From Nitrospiraceae bacterium (GTDB lineage: Bacteria > Nitrospirota > Nitrospiria > Nitrospirales > UBA2166), in contig PBSN01000008.1 of the NCBI GenBank assembly GCA_002726235.1, positions 322,635 to 386,634 on the forward strand: DNA of 64,000 nucleotides, in the 5' to 3' direction. Every line of letters starts with the position of its first letter. Position 1 is the stretch's first letter. Positions 59,690 to 64,000 of this stretch are shown in pieces. The notes under the pieces are model-generated. The model was not told where the DNA came from and did no database searches. It saw only the letters and a program-made list of their open reading frames with translations. A program made the position numbers and the translations under genes.

Positions 59690-60589
59690 ATGACGACCGA
59701 TCAAGCACAACGGTACTGCGAAAACGTCACCAAACAGAGTGGGAGCAATTTCGTCCATTCCTTTGCATTTCTCTCCCCAAGCCGACGTGAAGCCATGTAT
59801 GCAGTGTATGCGTTTTGCCAAGAAGTTGATGATCTCGTAGATCACCCAGACCCAGGCGTAGATTGTCAGAAAAAATTAAATGCTTGGCGTGTGCAACTTG
59901 CTTCCATCTACACCGGAATGCCTAGTTTCCCCGTTGCCGTGGGACTCGCAAGGCATGTGAAAACCTTTGATATTCCGCTTGAGTATTTTGAGGAATTGAT
60001 CAACGGGGTCGAAATGGATCTCACCATTCGGCGCTATGCGACTTTTACCGATCTGTACCAATACTGCTATCGCGTCGCCTCCGTAGCAGGGTTAATCTGC
60101 ATTAGGGTGTTCGGCACTCAATCTCCACACGCAACCGAGTACGCAGTAAATCTTGGATTGGCCTTTCAACTCACTAATATTCTTCGCGATGTCGGTGTTG
60201 ATGCCAAACGAGACCGGATCTATCTTCCCCAAGAGGATTTAATGCGATTTGGATATCATGAGCGTGATGTATTTGCCAACACGACTTCCCTAGCCTTTCA
60301 GAAACTCATGGAGTTTCAGGCTCAGCGTGCACATGAGTACTATACTAAAGCCCAAGCAGCACTTCCACCGGAAGACCGCAAAGCACTTCTTGTCGCCGAG
60401 ATGATGCGAAGGGTGTATCTCCACATTTTGCGCCGCGTTGAAAAAGATCCCTCCCGCGTATTTCAGGAACGAGTAAGAGTCTCCTCTCCACTCAAGGCCC
60501 TACTTGCCGTACAAACCTGCTTAAAAATCATGCTTCAACAGGCAATTACCCTTGCCTGCCAAAAGCCTCGGTGCCTTAAATTGCTTTAA
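59690..60589 (+). CDS. Squalene/phytoene synthase family protein (HpnD- or CrtB-like)
   Basis: YCENVTKQSGSNFVHSFAFL..REAMYAVYAFCQEVDDLVD, and the second Asp-rich region NILRDVGVDAKRDRIYLPQEDL. Confidence 0.8.
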   Translation: MTTDQAQRYCENVTKQSGSNFVHSFAFLSPSRREAMYAVYAFCQEVDDLVDHPDPGVDCQKKLNAWRVQLASIYTGMPSFPVAVGLARHVKTFDIPLEYFEELINGVEMDLTIRRYATFTDLYQYCYRVASVAGLICIRVFGTQSPHATEYAVNLGLAFQLTNILRDVGVDAKRDRIYLPQEDLMRFGYHERDVFANTTSLAFQKLMEFQAQRAHEYYTKAQAALPPEDRKALLVAEMMRRVYLHILRRVEKDPSRVFQERVRVSSPLKALLAVQTCLKIMLQQAITLACQKPRCLKLL

Positions 60590-60632
60590 AAACGTAATCG
60601 CTGATGTACCCAACATCATATTGGAGAAAAAG

Positions 60633-61226
60633 ATGACGCTCGCAGAGTTAAATGCCTCGGTGCGTGATTGCCAACAATGCCGACTCGCTTCGAAACGAAC
60701 CCAAGTAGTGGTTGGTGCTGGAAACCCCGCGGCCACCATCATGTTTATTGGGGAAGCCCCTGGATTTCATGAAGACAAGCAGGGCGAACCATTTGTCGGT
60801 GCGGCAGGGAAGCTCTTGACAGAATTGCTAGACTCGGCCGGACTTTCCCGCAATGATGTTTACATCGCAAATGTCATCAAGTGCAGACCACCAGATAATC
60901 GGAATCCATTGCCGGATGAAATTGAGACATGCAAGCCATTTCTCATGCAGCAAATTCAACTCATCAACCCCAAAGTTATTTGCACTCTAGGCAATTTTGC
61001 TATTCGCACGATGTTAGGGAAACAGGTGTCGATTACGAAGATACGGGGAGAACATTTTGAGGTGCAGGGATTTGACGTGTTCCCCATGCTCCACCCTGCA
61101 GCTGCATTGCATCAAGGGAACTTTAGAGTGCTACTTCAAGAAGACTTTCGTAAGCTAAAGAAATACCTAGATAATACTCATTTAATGCAGCCAAAAACTG
61201 CCGAGCAAATGGGGCTGTTTGGCTGA
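60633..61226 (+). CDS. Uracil-DNA glycosylase, family 4
   Basis: CQQCRL, GEAPGFHEDKQGEPFVGAAG and HPAA motifs. The ATG at 60633 follows GGAGA. Confidence 0.85.
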   Translation: MTLAELNASVRDCQQCRLASKRTQVVVGAGNPAATIMFIGEAPGFHEDKQGEPFVGAAGKLLTELLDSAGLSRNDVYIANVIKCRPPDNRNPLPDEIETCKPFLMQQIQLINPKVICTLGNFAIRTMLGKQVSITKIRGEHFEVQGFDVFPMLHPAAALHQGNFRVLLQEDFRKLKKYLDNTHLMQPKTAEQMGLFG

Positions 61227-61238
61227 AGAATTGCCCTG

Positions 61239-63494
61239 ATGCCCACGCCGAAAACTGCGAAGACGACGATTCCTATCGCGGGGATGTCCTGCGCGTCCTG
61301 CGTGGCACGGGTCGAAGCGGGCTTACGCGAACGATCCGGCGTGACCTCAGTGGCGGTCAACTTTGCGACTGAGCAGGCTTTGATTGAGTTTTTTCCAAAC
61401 CAGATTACTCTTCAGGATATGGCAACAACGATCACTGAACTCGGCTACACGCCACATTTTCCTGAGGAGGCTACTGATCGCAACCCTGTTGAGCGAGATC
61501 GGGAATCTAGACAGGCTGCGTTGCAATCACTAACCATCCGGCTAATGGTTGCTGTTGGACTTACCATCCTAATTTTCGCATTGAACATAATCGAGACTTC
61601 CGCCCTCTCCGTACAGCAAGGGTTTCTATTGCAGTGGCTACTCGCCACACCCATTCAGTTTTGGGCAGGATGGCGGTTTTACCATAGTGCTTGGGCAGCC
61701 GGAAAACATAAGACGACAGATATGAATACCCTTATTGCACTGGGGACAACTGCTGCCTACGGATATAGCGTGCTGGCGACTCTTGCACCTAGTGTATTTG
61801 CGACTGCCGGCATCGCTCCTACGGTATATTTTGATACGGCTGCTGCCATCATCGTGCTCATTCTATTTGGTCGAAGACTCGAAGCCACCGCCAAAGGGAA
61901 AACCTCTGAAGCCATCACTAAACTTATTGGATTACAACCCAAACAAGCACGGGTAGTTAGAAAAGGCGAAGAACACGATATTCCTATCGAAACTGTTCGC
62001 GTGGATGATGTCGTGATTGTCAGACCGGGAGAAAAAATCCCGGTTGATGGCGTCATCAAAGAGGGGATCTCAACCGTTGATGAATCTATGCTGACCGGAG
62101 AAAGCATTCCGGTTGATAAGGGACCTGGAGATGAGGTCATCGGTGCGACCATCAATCAAACTGGAAGTTTCCATTTTGTCGCCAAACGGGTTGGAAAAGA
62201 TACAGCCTTAGCCCATATCCTCCAATTAATTCAGGAGGCGCAAGGTTCGAAACCACCAATTGCCAAACTCGTTGACACAGTGGCTTCATATTTCGTCCCA
62301 GCGGTACTTGGAGTTGCAGCGTTGACATTTGTCGTATGGTGGTCCGTTGGACCCGAACCGGCTACAACACTCGCCATCCTCAATCTCGTTGCGGTCCTGA
62401 TCATTGCTTGTCCATGCTCACTTGGATTAGCAACCCCCACTTCAATTATGGTCGGAATTGGAAAGGGGGCGGAACACGGAATTCTCATTCGAAAGAGCGA
62501 AGCCTTAGAACGAGCGCGAACTCTAACCACAGTCGTATTCGACAAAACCGGCACACTCACCAAAGGAAGAATGGACGTGCAAGAAATTATTTCCCTTGAT
62601 AGCGACTGGGATCCTAATCGCATTCTATTCTATGCAGGATCAGCTGAGAAAGGATCAGAGCATCCACTTGGCGAAGCTTTTGTAAAAGCGGCCGAGGAGC
62701 GAGAAATCAAACTTGAAAACCCAAAAGAATTCCTCGCCATCTCCGGATTAGGAATCAAAGCTATCGTTGCCAAAGAGCAGGTACACGTGGGAAATCTCAG
62801 ACATTTTGAAAGTGAAGGTTTCGATGTTACTAGTATTCAATCAAAAATCATTGAGATTTCTGCACATGGCTTGACCGTAATGGGTGTTGCAATAAACAGT
62901 AAACCCATTGGCATCGTGAGCGTCGCCGATTCCGTGAAGGACCATGCGGCTGAAGCCATATCAGCCATCAAAAACGCCGGGTTGGAAGCGATCATGCTAA
63001 CTGGTGACAATCAGCATACTGCAACGACTATTGCAAAGTCAGTGGGCATCGGGAAAGTCATCTCGGAAGTCCTCCCGGATCAAAAGTCAGAAGAAATCAA
63101 GCGGCTTCAGGCTGAGGGAAAGATCGTCGCAATGGTTGGAGACGGGATCAATGATGCACCTGCCATTGCCCAGGCAGATATCGGAATGGCCATCGGAACT
63201 GGAACTGACGTGGCAATGGAAACGGCTGATGTTACCTTGGTTGGAGGTGACGTCAGAAACGTACTTACGGCAATAACGCTGAGTTGCGCCACCTTCAGAA
63301 ATATCAAGCAGAACCTTTTTTGGGCCTTCGCTTACAACATAACCCTCATCCCAGTTGCGGCAGGAGTCCTCTACCCACTCTGGGGCATCCTACTCGACCC
63401 CATCTTCGCCGCAGGAGCCATGGCAATGTCATCAGTAAGTGTTGTCAGCAATGCTCTCCGGCTTCGCTGGTTTCGACCACCAATAGCAATTTGA
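61239..63494 (+). CDS. copA: Copper-translocating P1B-type ATPase
   Basis: One HMA domain ([12 protein letters not shown]), the TM CPC motif, DKTGTLT and GDGINDAP. Confidence 0.92.
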   Translation: MPTPKTAKTTIPIAGMSCASCVARVEAGLRERSGVTSVAVNFATEQALIEFFPNQITLQDMATTITELGYTPHFPEEATDRNPVERDRESRQAALQSLTIRLMVAVGLTILIFALNIIETSALSVQQGFLLQWLLATPIQFWAGWRFYHSAWAAGKHKTTDMNTLIALGTTAAYGYSVLATLAPSVFATAGIAPTVYFDTAAAIIVLILFGRRLEATAKGKTSEAITKLIGLQPKQARVVRKGEEHDIPIETVRVDDVVIVRPGEKIPVDGVIKEGISTVDESMLTGESIPVDKGPGDEVIGATINQTGSFHFVAKRVGKDTALAHILQLIQEAQGSKPPIAKLVDTVASYFVPAVLGVAALTFVVWWSVGPEPATTLAILNLVAVLIIACPCSLGLATPTSIMVGIGKGAEHGILIRKSEALERARTLTTVVFDKTGTLTKGRMDVQEIISLDSDWDPNRILFYAGSAEKGSEHPLGEAFVKAAEEREIKLENPKEFLAISGLGIKAIVAKEQVHVGNLRHFESEGFDVTSIQSKIIEISAHGLTVMGVAINSKPIGIVSVADSVKDHAAEAISAIKNAGLEAIMLTGDNQHTATTIAKSVGIGKVISEVLPDQKSEEIKRLQAEGKIVAMVGDGINDAPAIAQADIGMAIGTGTDVAMETADVTLVGGDVRNVLTAITLSCATFRNIKQNLFWAFAYNITLIPVAAGVLYPLWGILLDPIFAAGAMAMSSVSVVSNALRLRWFRPPIAI

Positions 63495-63542
63495 GCCCCT
63501 GCTCCCCTACCATCCACCCCTGAAAATTGGAACTTCAACCCA

Positions 63543-64000
63543 TCATGGCCACCTAAAAAAAAGCGTCTGCTGTTGGCCTGTTATTACCTCTACGTTTGTG
63601 CGTGTTTTTATATCATTGTCTTTCACCACGTCGATACGGTATTCCCCATCTGCAAGGTCAAGAAATACCCATGGCCCTTTCACATCAGATGCCGGGATTT
63701 GCCCCACCTGAGTTCCATCAACTTTCCAAATGGTGACTGCAATAAACGCCAGATAGGTTCCACTTGCCCGGCTGAAAACGAGCTTGACTGGGAAGCTAAG
63801 ATATGTTGCATCTCTCTCTAACCGTCCAATTCCAGTCACGAAATAGCGCATGTCTCCAGATCGATGGATTGGAATGGTTGCCACGATTTTGCCGCTTCCA
63901 TTGCTATCAATAATATGTAGTGACGTTCCGGTGGGAGATTCTTTCGTGATGGGTGTACACAAAACAACCGCGGCATTGCAAAGAAACAATCCCCATACTA
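63543..64000 (-). CDS. Hypothetical exported protein; the 5' end possibly lies beyond the window edge
   Basis: The frame stays open to base 64000. Hydrophobic N-terminus VWGLFLCNAAVVLCTPI. The C-terminal half (LADGEYRIDVVKDNDIKTRTNVEVITGQQQTLFF) resembles carboxypeptidase-regulatory-like beta-sandwich domains. Confidence 0.5.
   Translation of the reverse strand, partial: VWGLFLCNAAVVLCTPITKESPTGTSLHIIDSNGSGKIVATIPIHRSGDMRYFVTGIGRLERDATYLSFPVKLVFSRASGTYLAFIAVTIWKVDGTQVGQIPASDVKGPWVFLDLADGEYRIDVVKDNDIKTRTNVEVITGQQQTLFFRWP

Overview
This is a 64-kb chromosomal segment of roughly 48-50% GC (estimated by eye). The KDO/LPS-core genes, SurA-like chaperone and signal peptidase I indicate a diderm bacterium. 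I cannot assign a taxon. The two-subunit pyruvate/2-oxoglutarate-type carboxylase, the CobA-HemD fusion and the HpnD/CrtB-like synthase fit Nitrospirota-, Aquificota- or deltaproteobacteria-like lineages, but that is inference only. All protein calls rest on motif recognition in the supplied translations; no database search was possible. The window is dominated by about 55 recognisable housekeeping genes in tightly packed operons, many with overlapping stop/start codons (ATGA, GTGA, TAATG). In order they are: mfd, a surA-like gene, an SMR pump, biotin carboxylase plus carboxyltransferase/BCCP, mazG, uppP, trxA, recN, coaE, trxB, thiI-queG-queE, pepA-nagZ-MFS, greA, bioA, lepA-lepB, hldA-kdsB-pyrG-kdsA-kdsD-pgsA-plsY, glmM-folP-ftsH-tilS-ribF, hemB-cobA/hemD-hemC-hemA-ccsA-like, thrH-thiD, trpEGDC, gamma-CA, HAD, a squalene/phytoene synthase family gene, UDG and copA. 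There are two tRNAs, Gly-GCC and Lys-UUU. I found no rRNA, CRISPR array, intact IS element, prophage or recognisable defence system, and no convincing novel multi-gene system. The observations most worth follow-up are listed here. (1) lepA and the cobA/hemD fusion both have conserved N-terminal motifs upstream of any in-frame ATG/GTG/TTG, and each has a strong Shine-Dalgarno followed by an in-frame ATT, so AUU initiation is likely. (2) trxB is split by a 1-nt indel in an A-run. (3) A decayed integrative-element remnant (integrase fragment plus two unrelated gene fragments) sits at tRNA-Gly. (4) An IS5-like transposase relic lies in an 860-bp gap. (5) An orphan Lys-rich/coiled-coil/acidic protein heads the trp operon. 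(6) An orphan secreted protein sits next to tRNA-Lys. (7) It is unresolved whether the carboxylase pair is pyruvate carboxylase or 2-oxoglutarate carboxylase.
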